The notes: a model not told the origin generated them from the letters alone. A DNA stretch of 64,000 bases from Entomortierella parvispora E1425 (GCA_020891255.1 BQFW01000004.1:2728001-2792000); one strand, 5' to 3'. Counted from the stretch's first letter, positions 19,941 through 33,928 are shown. Translations and numbers: made by a program.

Positions 19941-22900
19941 ATGGATTTCTTTAATGCCCTTCGAGGCCAAAAGGGTCAGCATCAGACTGGCTCGGACACG
20001 GTGGACAAACTTTGCGACAGGATTGAGCATGGCACTCTTCTTGAGGACCGTCGAGCAGCTGTCCAGGCCCTCAAGGCCTGCACTAGGGACCACAGAAAGG
20101 TAGAAACAACAAATGCGCGAAAACAGGAATGCAAGAGCCGCCAGCATCATTTTCGGTTGTCATTTGCCTAACTCTCATGTCATTCTTGGATGCATCGTTC
20201 TTCAGGACATTGGCGCGCGTGGCGTAAAGGTTCTTTGCAAGATCTTGCGACAAGACTCGATGGACATTGACATTAGCAAGGCTGTCCTCGAGAGTTTGAC
20301 GATCCTTTGTCAGGCAGAAGCCGTAAGTTGGAAAACCATCCCCCCCCCCCCCCTGATACTCTCCATGGTTTGACGGTATATGAAGCTGACAGAACAGTAA
20401 ACATTTGGTATCTGACATATAGGACAGGGAAGAGTCGCAAGAATTCGCATTGGAGATGTCTAACGCGGTGCTGGAGGCATGTATGCCGTTTCATTGGAGA
20501 AATGGACTCTCGTGTGGTCAAGGATCTTTCTCTAACCGACATTTACGTTTTCTGGGACGAAAATAATAGGAGGCGAACAATGTTACTGTTTTGCTGGATA
20601 TCCTCGAGGAATACGACTTTTACGTGCGTTTCCATGTATTGTCACTTTTGTCGACACTCGTCCTCAACAACACATCTAGACTTCAGGAGTGTATCCTCAC
20701 GTCACCTGTGGGAATGTCAAGGCTGATGGCCCTTCTAGACGATCGCCGTGAGATCATTCGCAATGGTAAGTGACTTGCAGCCAAGGATATTGACCCTCTG
20801 TTCGATCTCAAGATGCGTCTTTACGATCCTGACCATTACCTCTGCTCTTCAATAGAGGGTCTCTTGCTCATGATTTCACTGACGGAATCAAACGCGGATC
20901 TTCAAAAAATTGTGGCTTTTGAGAATGCCTTTGAGCGTTTGCTGGCGATCATTGACGAGGAAGGGGCAGTCATGGGAGGCATCATCGTTCAGGATTGTCT
21001 GCAACTCGTACAAAACCTGTTACGATACAACGTCTCAAATCAGGTATGGCCATGTTTATGATCTGATCTATGATCTCATAAAAAAAAGTCGGATGAGGCT
21101 CGGCTCGCTAATGAAGTCCTGATCGTTCATAGAACTACTTCCGCGAAACAAGTTGTATACAACGCATCCCTGGGCTTTTCACCGACACGATTACGGATGC
21201 ACATGGAAAACGGGAATCAGTTCATTGGTCGGACCAAATGGGCAACAACATGATCATGGTTCTAGAATTGATCCGGGTGCTCGTTGTGCCTGATCACTCC
21301 AACACTACAGCAAATCAAGTATGGGTGCTATTAAACTCGGCCAGAAATCGACCACGACTTGAGGCATTCACTCACACACCTTCTTCTCTTTAGAAATCCA
21401 TGTATCAATGCGGCATCCTCCAACTCTTGATCGATCTTGCTCTGACCTCCAATGCCCCTCAAAGAGTCAAAACGAGCGCATTCTACGGACTATCTGAACT
21501 TATTCGATTGAACAAAGTGAATCAGGATGCATTTTCAAAGGCGATTATTATACCCGCTCAACCTACTTTGGCGCCTTCCGACGATCGTCTTTCGTCTTTG
21601 ACCCCCCCAACAAGGTCATCTGCACAACTGTCCCGATCTTCATTCCAGTCCGGTCGTAGCTCTGCTCAAGGAGGCGAGCAGCGAGAGCGCTGTCCCGCCA
21701 TTGAAGAAGTAGTTGCTGTCGCTGTTGGAAAATACTCTGGACGCACGTACTCCATGCGTGCCGCGGCCACCTGTCTTTTCCAGGTATTACGGCGGTTTAC
21801 TAGCCTAATGATTGCTGTGGTATATGACTCGATATATCTAACCTCGTTGTCCTTTGAAATAGTCGTTCGTGTTAGAGAATCCAGACTCCCAACTAGTGCT
21901 GGCGACAACCCTTAATGCTCCTCCAGAGGACAACCCTAACACAGCCGCAAGCGGTATGGACGGCGAACGACTTCAAATGAAACTGCGACCCGGATCTGCA
22001 TGCTCTTCCGTTCTAACATTGTCTCCTTGGTTATATAGAGAAACCCCAATCTCCGGGTACACTACTCTTGGATGCACTTCAAAGCTGGCAGGATGATGTC
22101 GATGCCACTTCGACCGCAGACCCTTACGACAGTTGGTTTGCAAGTGTTCTCCTGTCACATATTCTACGGAATAATGCTCGAGCCAAGGCGATTGCCCTGG
22201 CCATTACATTTGGAGATGAAGATCACGGTAGGACATTTGATCCGCTTGTTAGGCCACATGCCAGTGGAGGCACCTTTTTGCTGACTCTGACTCTCTTCTA
22301 GGCGAGGATCCCGTGTCATTAATTCACGCTATTACTGCATCACTCATGGTTGCTGTGAAAGGACAGGCGGATGTCAGAGTGTCTCTGGGATTTTTGGCTC
22401 TACTTTGCCAGTGGTGTTATGACAGTCCAAGGAGCGTCAAGGACTTCTTGTCTGAGAGCGCACATCTGCAATTTGTAAGGGAGTATACCCTTTACCCTTG
22501 ATGACGGGCTGCCTTGCGACAGAATCTCGGGGCCTTCCACTAACTGTGTCTGCCAATTGCCTTTTCTCAATGATCAATGCTAATAGCTCATAGAGCTCAT
22601 CAGTCCTTCGTCAAAAGAAGACCCCATGGTCCAAGGTCTTGCCGCGTTCTTGCTTGGTATCTGCTACGAGTACAACTGGGAGCCAGAAACACTTATCACG
22701 CGAGCAACCATTCAACCCATTCTTTTGAGTCGCATTGGATTGGATCACTTTGCAGCGTGTATAACGCGTGTTCGGGAGTCTGCACCCTTCAAGGCAGCAG
22801 TACCGTTCATGGTGGTTCTTCCCCAGGAAGAGGCTGGAGGCAAGCTGCCTAATCTCTACTTCGATTTCTCATTTGTTGAGTTCATGAAACGGAACTTCGG

Positions 22901-23357
22901 TAAGCATGATTTCTACTCCCCTATCGTGTGTTCATCTGATGGTTCGTTTCACCTGTCAAACCAACAACTGACATCAATTTTTAACAACCTCCTAGAACGG
23001 ACCCAAAAGTCGATCTCTGCTTCACCCGATAGCGTCCGACAATCTTCTGACGCCAGCAACGCCGAGGCAGCATCTCAGTTGGCGTCCCTTCGGACCAAGG
23101 TCTCGGCTCAAACCTCAGAGATGGCCGACCTAAGATCACAACTAGAGAACGCGCGGGCAGAGTTGCAGAAACAGGAACAAGCGCGACTCGAGTCCGAGGC
23201 TGCTCTAAGTGCTTTGCGAGAGGAGATGAAGCGGGAGCATGAACGATACGGGGCCTTGGAGAAGGAACATGAGGACCTTTTGATCTGTCTTGCGGACCAG
23301 GACGAAGAGATGACGGGCCTCAAGGAGAAGCTGCAGTCACTGGGTGTCACGGTCTGA
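19941..23357 (+). CDS. USO1: Uso1/p115 ER-Golgi tether (armadillo head + coiled coil), multi-exon
   Basis: DTVDKLCDRIEHGTLLEDRRAA, RLQECILTSPVGMSRLMALLDDRREIIRNE, IQKIVAFENAFERL-like segment, MVQGLAAFLLGICYEYN, C-terminal EHEDLLICLADQD. Confidence 0.95.
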
Positions 23358-23472
23358 ACGCGGACGGGCGTGGCGACCACAAAATAAAATAAAACATAAA
23401 AAGTCTCCTTCCCATCCATTGTTCATCCCTGCTCCTTCTCCCCCCATCGTCCATTCATTCAACTTTAGACCA

Positions 23473-26472
23473 ATGCAACGCAGTGCTGCCCCCTCCCAGC
23501 GTGGCATGAAGGCCAAACTCCATCCCACAACAGCCATCCCTCTTGCCAAGGATCCCCCTCAGGCTGATGCAGAGACGCTGCCTGCTGATCTGGTGGCAAA
23601 AAAGGACAATCAACCTTCTTTCAGGACCAGCATGGCGACCCCCACTCGATTCAAGACGCCATTCAAATCTCCAACAATACTTCAGAAACCAGGACAATTC
23701 AAATCGCCCCTTCAGCCCATCGCCAATGCGGCAACGATGCCACCAAGCCTGCCCAAGAAGAGATGCCTCGAAATGCCTTTGTCGTCGGGACCTGAAAAGG
23801 TCTTAAAATTGGTGGCGTCCACTCATGATCCATCCACGTCTTCTCAGTCCGTCAAGGCGTCAATACCCCTTTCCATGAGGACCAAAAGCACCTCTGCACC
23901 CACAACTCAGGTCACCCCAGAAGCAACCTATACATGCTTCAATGTGCTATGGTATTAACCCCGCTGCAGCTGTCAATGACAGAAACAGGTGGGAAAAGCA
24001 TGCAGCATTCTGATTGAATCCATTTTCTGTTTGATAAATAGGCGGAAAAAGACCAACAAAAAGCACAAGACATGGGATGGCGATGGTAATGAGATAACGG
24101 ATCGGGAAAGGAAAAGCGATAGATGGCTTGGCTTTCTTCTAACAGGCTTGAAACCATAGGAATACTCGTTTTGGATGGACTCGGTTACGCTTTGAAAGAC
24201 ATGGATGGTAAGGAGTAAGTATGCCCAATTGTGTAGCCAGGATGCCGGGAATAAGTCGCTCAACTGTTCCATTGGATCACTACTATCTCTAGGATTGGCA
24301 GAGGCAAGACTGCTTGGAAAGATCCCTCCCCTGGAGATGAGCTGTCGTTGGCGGGAAGAGACATTGAGGTATACCGCCACTGCCATAATTGATAGAAGAA
24401 CTCGAATCTACATGTTACTCTAACACGGATGTGCTCGCCCCAGGTGGTATCCACTCTTAGCACGGCGTCGTATCTCTCGGGACAGTGCTTCATAAGTGGA
24501 GCAACATCCACAGTTTCGTCAATACAGGGTACATATGTAGAAAGGCGGAACTATATGCTTCAACTGGATCTGCAGCATTGTTTTAACACTCATGCTCTCG
24601 ATTAGGAATCAATGCTGGACCGACTACAAAGTTCAAAGGACACGCTAGCCTTATGTCGTCAGGAGTGACTGAAGTCGCCGCACCTCCAAAACCCCGGCAC
24701 GACCCAAACTCTCCCCATTCCGTCCTACTGCCTCGCCCTCCTGCCACTCATCCACGTGTAGTTCAGGGTTGGGGCAAGAAGCGCGCTCCTGGAGACGCCG
24801 GATTGGTGGATGTAGTCGTTGATCCTATTCTAGGTCAACATTTGCGACCTCACCAAAAAGAAGGCGTCCGCTTCTTGTACGAGTGTGTCATGGGGATGAC
24901 AGACATCAACGGTCAGGGGGCAATCTTGGCTGATGAAATGGGACTTGGGAAGACCTTGCAGACCATCGCCCTCTTGTGGACATTACTCAAGCAAAGTCCC
25001 TTCCATGGGGAGGAATCAGCTGTCATAAAGAAGGCGCTAGTGGTGTGTCCTGCCTCCTTGATCGCGGTATGTCATGTTGCGCTCTCTTTTCAATGGTCCT
25101 TAGATTTCTTCCCCCTCATACAAACTCCTCTATTGCGATTGTTTTGGTAGAACTGGAAACGAGAGTTCAAGAAGTGGCTTGGAGACGAGCGCCTGCGAGT
25201 TTTTGCTGTGGACGCCAAATCGACTTTGACTGACTTTACTCTTGGAAAAGTGTATCCTGTCATGATTATCGGCTATGAGAAGGTAACGATAACCCCACAC
25301 ACACACACTACAGCACCCAACGCTGCGGAGCCGTCTCTAACCGTGGCATCACTTTTCTTTAGTTGAGGCTTGTGCAAGATGAGCTGAAGGATGCGGCATT
25401 CGATATTATTATTGCAGATGAGGGCCATAGGCTGAAATCCGCCAATATCAAGACAGCACAGGCAATTCGCTCTATGCCGACCAGCCGCCGTGTCATATTA
25501 AGCGGGACACCGATTCAGAACGACCTAGGCGAATTTTACTCTATGATTGACTTTGTGAACCCTGGTCTGTTTGAGAGTTATGGATCCTTCAAAAAGGTCT
25601 TTGAAGAGCCCATTGTTAGGTCTCGGCAACCAGATTGCTCACGACTGGAAGCATCCATCGGCCTAGAAAGGTAAACTCAATTTGAGAAATTGGATGAGAC
25701 CGACTGCAATATTGTCTACAGTACATGCTTCTAACTTTCACTGTCACCATTGTGCCGTTAGGACTCTGGAAGTATGGCCAACATGTGCCTAGTGACAGAA
25801 CTGCTCCAGTAGTGAAGCCTTTGCTCTGATCTGTAACCTATGCCTTTCCTGCTCTCCCTGACTCACTCTTAGCTATCAAGACTGACTGAAAAGTTTATCA
25901 TAAGGCGAACTGCAGCCGTGAATGACGAGTACCTGCCTCCGAAATGTAGGTTCTTGAGAACGAAGAAGTATATGGAACTACCTTGCGACATGATGACGGT
26001 ATACAACTGCTTAGCTAACAATAACTTTCGTGACAACTGTAGCGGAACTCGTGGTCTTTTGCCGTCCGACTGTTCTTCAGACAAAAATCTATCGTCGAAT
26101 GCTTGAATCACGTTCTATGAAGGATTGCTTTTCGGCGGACTCCAGTCGACACCTTATGTGCATAGCAGCTCTCAGGAAACTATGCAACTCGCCCAAACTT
26201 GCGTTTGAACAACAAGAGGTAATTGCTACTGGGGACTTCTCACATGGACTGCATCGAATAACTGACTCTAAATTTGAACAACCACTACCTCTAAAACCAG
26301 GACGTGGTTTCGAGTAACGTGGAATCCGACGACCTTTACACTTGTTTTCAAGACTTGGTTCCCACGAGCTCTTCATCTAGCGACGATGGTATTGGCTCGG
26401 AGATAGGTGGTAGGCAGAAGGCTAAACAACATCTGTCACCGTTGTAGAATGTCCACAGAGACACTAACACCG

Positions 26473-26503
<31 letters not shown>

Positions 26504-27942
26504 CGACTTTACGTCTGACAGGCAAAATGAGGTTTGTAGAAATGTTTCTCAGATCGCTCAAGAGAAACACCTCGGAGCGCGTTGTCCTGGTTTCAAATTT
26601 TACACAGACTCTGGATCTTTTGGAAGATCTTTGTAGAAGGAGCAATTATGGTTTTTTCCGACTGGATGGGTGAGATATCAAATTTGACAATGAGCTGACT
26701 GAGTGGCTGCAGCCTGGACCGCGCCTAGGCTGTAAAACACAAAAGTGATCGAGCAATGGACTGATGCGGGACCTTATTGGCTTTTTTTCTCTTTCAGGTC
26801 TACACCAACTCAAAAGCGACAAGAATATGTGGACAAGTTTAACACAACGACATGCTCGAAATGTAAAACTCTTGCCAGTACGATAAGAATGCATGATGAA
26901 GGAATCGTTCTAACCAAGTTACCTCACCTGTACATGACATGTACATCCTTTCCTTTCAAATAGTTGTTTTCCTTTTGAGCGCAAAGTCTGGTGGGATGGG
27001 GTTGAATCTTGTCGGGGCCTCGCGTCTTGTAAGTGCCTCTGGTAGAAATTGGATCGTGCACATGTACGATTTCGATTCTTGAGACTGACACACACTTGCA
27101 CATGTGCAATGGCTTTTCTCACGTAGATCATGTTTGATATTGATTGGTAAACATGAACCTGGAACTTTCCGGTTTGGGTCTGAGCTGACTGCAATGAACT
27201 GACTGACCAACCTCGGCTCTCGAATGACGTGATTAATAGGAACCCAAGTGTAGATACCCAAGCCATGGCCCGTATCCACCGCGAAGGCCAGGCGAGACCC
27301 GTGTTCATCTACAGGCTGTTGCTTTCAGGAACCATTGAAGAGAAGATCTATCAGCGGCAATTGACGAAAATTGGACTCAGTGACGCACTCATGGTATCTA
27401 TGTGGTCTACGATGTGAAGACTGAAAAAGAAAACGCACTCCAGAATAGGGGTCTGACTCGTTCTTTTTTTTTTTTTTTTTTTGCAATTGATGTGAAAGGA
27501 CAACAACACAACAGACAAGCTGAACAAATTTTCAACGGCAGAACTAAGAGACCTGTTCTCGCTCGAGGAGGACGAAAGTTGTATGACACATGCACTTCTT
27601 GGATGCGAGTGTGGCGCAGGGACTGTCTTGGGTAACTCCGAGGTGGCATCTTCAGCACCACGACCACGCCAACACCCGCGGGGGCAGATGGATATAGCCA
27701 AGATTGAATACGCCAAGAAGGAACTCAAGGACTGGTTACACGTCGACCCTTGCTTGAGTGGGGAGGCATGTCTCTCGTTGGCGTCTATGGACAAGATTCT
27801 ATGGGAGGTTGTCTGCGAAGATGCCAGTGGACGCGCAGAAAACGATGGCACAAACGCGGCCACGGACACGCGAGGTCAAAAACGATCAGTTGGGTTCGTT
27901 CTTGCGCGGGGTTTCGCTTTGGGCAAGAGTGCCTTAGATTAG
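23473..27942 (+). CDS. RDH54: RAD54B/Rdh54 SNF2-family DNA translocase, multi-exon
   Basis: N-terminal FNVLW...[91 protein letters not shown]. Confidence 0.93.
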
Positions 27943-28389
27943 TTTAGTTTTCACGATGATTCAAAAAAATCACAATTACAACGATCGACCTGCGATCCAG
28001 CCGGAGCAAAATTTGAAGAGACGAAAAGAGAGGAGAAACAGTAGCATGTCGCTTGCCTTTGCCTTCAGAACAAAAACTTTTTCTTACCCACTTCTACTAT
28101 AAAGTAGGTTACGCCAGTTTGTTAGTACCGCTCAGGGGTGATGATTCTGATCCTGCTGCTGGATCTATTGCGATGATTGCGAAAATAGTTCAACACAGTG
28201 AGTCTCAAGTATGTTGGATGACACGAGGTGGTTGTATCCAAAGGATGCATTGAAAATAGTGACTGTGGATTGTCCTGGACGAATAAGTCGCTTGTCTTGC
28301 ACGGACCAAGTCACGTGTAGCGGATCCTCTCTCTCCTCCGCTCCTCGCAGCATTATTGTCTTGATTCCTCACTAACACATCGAATGACC

Positions 28390-28926
28390 ATGAGCGAGAG
28401 TCTAGCTATCGAGCTGCAGTTCAGGTACTGGCTGCCACTCCTATACTTTTCTCCCCTGTTGTAAATATCTTTTGAACGAGCCGGACTTTCTCAACTTACG
28501 CCATGCTTCGGATCTACTTCTCGCATGTTTCCATGTAGCGGCGGCATGGAGCTGCTGTTTGATAACAAGAAGACCATTCATACCAAGGTGCCAGCCCATT
28601 TCAGGCAGGGAGCAGACAGTCATGCCGTGACCATCCGGGATCTGATTGGATGGATGGCATCGCATTTGCTCAAAGAACGTCCGGAGCTGTTTATCGGACC
28701 AGACGGTTCAGTGTAAGAGTGCCAAAGAGCACGAGCGAGCGAGTTGCGTGCGGATACCCTTCTTGTCAACTAGAAGCTGATCTTTTTCTCTTTGTCTTCA
28801 TAATGTAGTCGGTCAGGGATCCTGGTTCTCGTCAATGGAGCAGACTGGGAACTGGAGGGGGAGCTCGAGTACGAATTACAGGATGGCGATGAAATTGTGT
28901 TCATTTCGACCCTGCATGGTGGGTAG
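28390..28926 (+). CDS. URM1: Ubiquitin-related modifier Urm1, 3 exons
   Basis: [44 protein letters not shown]-terminal FISTLHGG*. Confidence 0.93.
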
Positions 28927-29305
28927 AGGTTGAAGTTCAATTAAAAAAAATAAAGTGGACATTCTTCAAAATCCTTCACCCCCTGAGAGCCGTCATCTCG
29001 TCTCTCTCCCTCTCTTTGTCCGTTCCCGCGCCCCTTTGCATCAGACCAATCCCAATGACTCTAACATTGGTGTCTGCTTTTTGCTGAACTTCCCTTTCCA
29101 GTGCATCCATGCATGCACGCGACTAATGACCCCTTGCCTTCCTTGTCCGTTTCGTCTCTGAACGTGCTTCACGTCTTCCACCTTTTTCTTTCTTCTCCGC
29201 TTTCTTCTACTCCTTCCTCCTCCCCCTCCTCCTTTTACTGCTCTCCACATCCCTCCGGCTCCTCCCATCCCACCGACCCTGCCATTTGACCCACACGATA
29301 TTTTA

Positions 29306-31550
29306 ATGACCTCTGGCGAGCGGCTCCAGAACCAACACTCTGTAGCAGCAGGAGCGATGGCTGCAACAGGCGGTCTTGCCGTTGGCACATACAAGGTCCA
29401 CCCCTCTGCTTTAGTCCTGCCATCTACCTCGACCTCCATCACATCAACCACATCCTCGTCGTCTCAACCGACGTCTGCGCTGGCAGCAACGCAGCATGTT
29501 GCGGCAATGGCCGCTAGCGACTCGCTTTACTACAACCATACTGTGGATCAGGACCATGGGCGGCAACAAGGCACAGAGGAGACAGACGCACCCACAACTT
29601 GCTCTGGTAAACTGCTGGGATTCGTGTCGCAATTGCTGCCATTGCTGCTGACGGTAGTGATCGTGTACATTTATTACATTTACACCGTTCATGTTTGCAG
29701 TAAGTATCGATACGGGCCTCCTTCGCGTCCTTGCTCCGAAAATGGCCCTTGTTGGTAAACTCACTTTGGTTACCCGCCCTTTCCTTCTCTAGTCGGCTAT
29801 ATCTGGCACACCTTGAACCACAAAGTCCAAGCAGGTGAGTGCTCTGCCCCAGAGGACGCGTACTTTCTTTTGCCAAGATGATCTGTCGGACCATGCTGTT
29901 TAACACCTTGCTTTGACTCTTTCAGGCATCTATATCGGCATCCTCAATACCCTGTCCTTGCTGTTTTTTATATCCTACGCGCGTACTATTTTCCGATCAC
30001 CTGGCTCTCCTCTCAAGGCAAGTGGACACTCCTGAATATGTCGAGATCCTTGAAGAATCAGCTGCGAGTTCAGAGGAGTGACCATGCTTGTATGTATTTT
30101 TCATTTATTTATTTTTTTTTCTCGCTCTCTGCAGCCACCCCGAAATCCTGCCGTCCCAGCCCCATTCACAACAACACCATACCAACCGCAAAGGACACCA
30201 AAAACATACCCCGGGAAGCAGGCGGACTATTCGAAAAACAATCAGGACCCATCGCCGAACACACCACTTCTCGCTACAGGAGGAGCGTCATCGCAAGGGG
30301 TGTTTTATCAGTCCATGGGCAGGAGCAGTATCAAGTCTGCTAAAGACAGCACCATTGGAAGCCCACGCGCCACGGAAGATGTTTATGTTGACATGCACTC
30401 GGAACAGGAAAATGATCCACTATTGCCTGCCAACAGACCACTAGCAACCTTGAGCATTGCGAAACGAGACGGTCGACCTCGCTGGTGCGACATCTGTTTG
30501 ATTGTCAAGCCGGATCGATGCCACCACTGCTCCGAGTGCGACCAGTGTGTCCTGAGGATGGACCATCATTGTCCTTGGGTCAATGGCTGCATTGGCTACA
30601 ACAACCACAAGTTTTTCTATCTTTTCCTCCTCTATGCTTCCGCTTTGGCGCTTTTTGTCGTGGTGACCATGGTACCGGTACTTATCACGGCCATCCGACG
30701 ATGCGAGCTGAATGGACCAGGACAACACGACTCCTTTCCGAGCGACTGCGTATTTGATATTCAATGGGCGGTCATTACAGTGGTGTCGTTTTTGTTGGCG
30801 ATTCTGATTGTATCGTTCACAGGCGCCCATACGATCTATATTGTTCAAAACAGGACGACGATTGAATCTTTGCAAGATCTCAGGAACACCTATATCCGAG
30901 TGCAGTTCACAGACACAGAATCGACATTGTCAACGAATCAAGGTTATCGTCCAGAGTTCAAGGTCGTCAAGGTTGAACATGGAGAACAGCTTTGGGATCG
31001 CGGATCCTGGTTGGCAAACTGGAAGAGCATCATGGGCAACTCATGGTGGCTTTGGTTTGGTGAGTGAAACAAACACGTTGTCGCCCCCCCACCTTTGGGT
31101 TTTTTTTTTTCTTCTCGTGGAAACTTGACCTGACATCATTGTCGTTTTCTTCTCCAACTTGTAGTCCCATATGGAAACACTCCGGGAGATGGTCTGCATG
31201 AGGTATACAACGACAGTGTCTACAAGCGAGTTGTCTCCAATGCAATGGAGCAAGTGCAGTCGAGTGCGGGACGCACGCTTGCCAACGGTGGACATTATCG
31301 ATCTACGAGTCAACTACGATTGAGTTCTACAAGGGCCCCTACTGCAGTTCGGACCACATCAAGTCAGTCGACTCTTCGTCAGGGATCAGGGACACCCGAG
31401 CCGATTTTGTCTCTGGCTGTGCCTACAAAAGCTGCTGGAGGAGGGAATGCGTCCAGTGGAGAAGAGAGTGAGACGAGTGTAAGTAGCATGGGCCGCTCAT
31501 TTCCAACCCCACATACATCTCCACGACTCGCAAGTAGAGAAGTCAGGTAG
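29306..31550 (+). CDS. DHHC palmitoyltransferase (Pfa3/ZDHHC2-15-20-like), multi-exon
   Basis: CDICLIVKPDRCHHCSECDQCVLRMDHHCPWVNGCIGYNNHKFF, four TM segments, NRTTIESL (TTxE), NWKSIMG...PYGNTPGDG. Confidence 0.93.
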
Positions 31551-31877
31551 TGAGAAGTAGCCTAATCCATGATCATCATCCATCTAGACTCCTTGACTGG
31601 AGAGACAATAAACTGCCTTTTTTTTTGACACAATGGCAGTTCAAATGAAAACTCCAGGGGCAAAACAACCGAAACATGTCCATGCAGGGAGACGAGCAGC
31701 GGACGCGTCCAATACGCGGTCATTGTCCTTTTTTTTTTTTGCTCAACTGTTTCTGTCTCATTTGTGGAAGGTTTATTCAGCGGTGCTATGGCAAGCGAGT
31801 TATTTTTACAGGCCGATGAAGAGTATGAGAAAATAGGCGAAAAATTACAAGGACGGCAAAAAATTAATAAAGGGTGA

Positions 31878-32451
31878 TTAGATCATCCTTGCAAACTCGG
31901 AGCGGTCAACGAGGCCATCGTTGTTCTTGTCGGCAGCAGTGATCATCTCCTCAATCTCTGCGTCGGTAGGGTACTCTCCTTGACGGTTCAAGGTCCTCTT
32001 GAGCTCTGCGGCAGAGATGGTGCCGTTGCCGTCGATGTCAAAGGTCTTGAAGATGCTATCGATCTCACGGTCATCCTTTTGGCCGGGCCTGCCCGAGGCG
32101 GGGGCGGAGGTGCCGAGACCCAAACGGTGGCAGGCACTGACAAACTCTGAAAAGGTAATCTTTCCATCCTTGGACTTGTCAGCGTCCGAGAAGAACTGTT
32201 GCGAGTCGTACTCGTCGGGGTCAAGGTTGGCGTTCTTGAGGGCAGCGATGAATTCTTTCTCGGTGATGAAGCCATCGCCGTCTTGGTCCATGGAATTGAA
32301 CTGCTGCTTGATGTTGACCAACTGCGATTCGGTGTAGGAAACGGAAGACTAGAAGAAGAAAAAAAAGGGAGGAGGGTTAGGACCAACGCATTCGTGGACA
32401 AAGGGTCGGGGCAGAGCAGGGTTGTAAGACATGAGGTTGACTACTTGCCAT
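31878..32451 (-). CDS. Calmodulin-like four-EF-hand protein, 157 aa; exon 1 = ATG only (32449-32451), exon 2 = 31878-32348
   Basis: EF loops DQDGDGFITEKE, DKSKDGKITFSE, DIDGNGTISAAE, DKNNDGLVDRSE; too divergent to be canonical calmodulin. Confidence 0.88.
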
Positions 32452-33085
32452 GATGAATGTGAGTGTGTGTGTGAGTTGTAAAGGGAGAATGAAGGGTGGG
32501 AAAGAAGAGTGATGAAGGAAGAGGGAATGAGCGTTGACCGAGATGGGGCAGGGGTGAGGGAGGGTCCTATTTATCCACCAATTCCTGGTTATCGCTCAAT
32601 GACCCGTCTCCCCCCTCTTCCCTCTGGCGATGATATCAGCGACACGTTCGCGAGCGCGCAAATGCCTGCATGCAGTCTGTGCATGGCCCTTGTCCGGCGG
32701 ACCTTCTTTTTCTTCTTTTTGTTCTTTTGGAACTGTGGACCAATTTTGCGAACACAAGGCTGAAGAGCAAGGCAGCGCCTCGCCTCATATTATCGCAACT
32801 GTTTCTGGTAATGGTCCATAAGACGTGTCGGATAGGGGCCAGGGTTCCCAATGGCTCTTCCAGTGACTCCTCCCCCATAACACAAGGGGACTCTGTCGCA
32901 CCGCCAGTGAAAGAAAGAAAGATAGGCGGGGGTCTTGAGACTTCTGGTGCCGTGTGCCTGACAGGAAACGAAACGCGAGAACGTAAAAAAAAGGTCACGT
33001 GCATGGATTCAGCTTCTCGTCCTCACATTGATGCATCATCAACTCTCCTGACTCGCCAACCATCATCAGACACACCAACAAGCAA

Positions 33086-33754
33086 ATGTCGTCCGCCGCT
33101 TCAACCTCAGACCCAAGGAGACCCGACGCTATCGTGGAATACAAGCCCGAAGTGAAGCGCATCGAGGATGACGACCCCGATGTGCCTGGCTTTGTTGCTC
33201 TTGTCCTGGGTAAACATGCATGCATTCAGGAGAAAGGAAAAAAAAAAAAGGACGACGGGATATGAATGATTTTAGGCGTGTCTTTATTTCGTCCGAACGC
33301 TAATCTTTCCTCCAACTTTTGACTTGAACGAATAGCGGTTGTTGGACTCATGATCAGAGTACGTTGCAGGATTGGGCTTGAGATATATTCCTTTGGAGAA
33401 AGGGGCAGGACTGGACCAGTTTATTGATCTTTCTTTTTTCGCTTTTTGTAGAACCGAACAAGTCTTTGGGTCGGTATGGTCTTCTCGGTGGAGTCCTACC
33501 TGAACCAGAGGGCGAGCGAGGGTGGTCTCTTGGGATCTCCCACAGCTACGATTTTGTAAGTCTTTTGTCATCCTAACGCGTGGTGATACCCATTGAAGAT
33601 GGATGTCCTCATACCCATTGATTATTGTGGTTTACCCAGTCTACTTACCAATTCTCGTTCCTGTGGGGAATCCCTGTGTAGGTTCTCTATCTCCACATTG
33701 GTTATGAACTACATGCCAGAATTTATTGCACTCTATTCAGGAGTCAAGATCTAA
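33086..33754 (+). CDS. WDR83OS: PAT complex subunit Asterix (UPF0139/WDR83OS family), 4 short exons
   Basis: Spliced product MSSAASTSDPRRPDAIVEYKP...VALVL|AVVGLMIR|NRTSLWVGMVFSVESYLNQRASE...|FSISTLVMNY matches Asterix SDPRRP..YKP, GLMLK, SISAVVMSY. Confidence 0.85.
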
Positions 33755-33928
33755 AGATCTAAAGAAATCGAAATATACAACTCCAGACCCCTTGTTACCC
33801 CTCTTATTACGATACTATGAACTACGGATCGCGCTATATGTCGCCTGTGTGGGCTGGATACCAGAGGTTGGTGCAGGGGCCCTCAATAGTTGGCGACGTC
33901 CAACAGATTTCGCGCTAGGTCGACGCTG

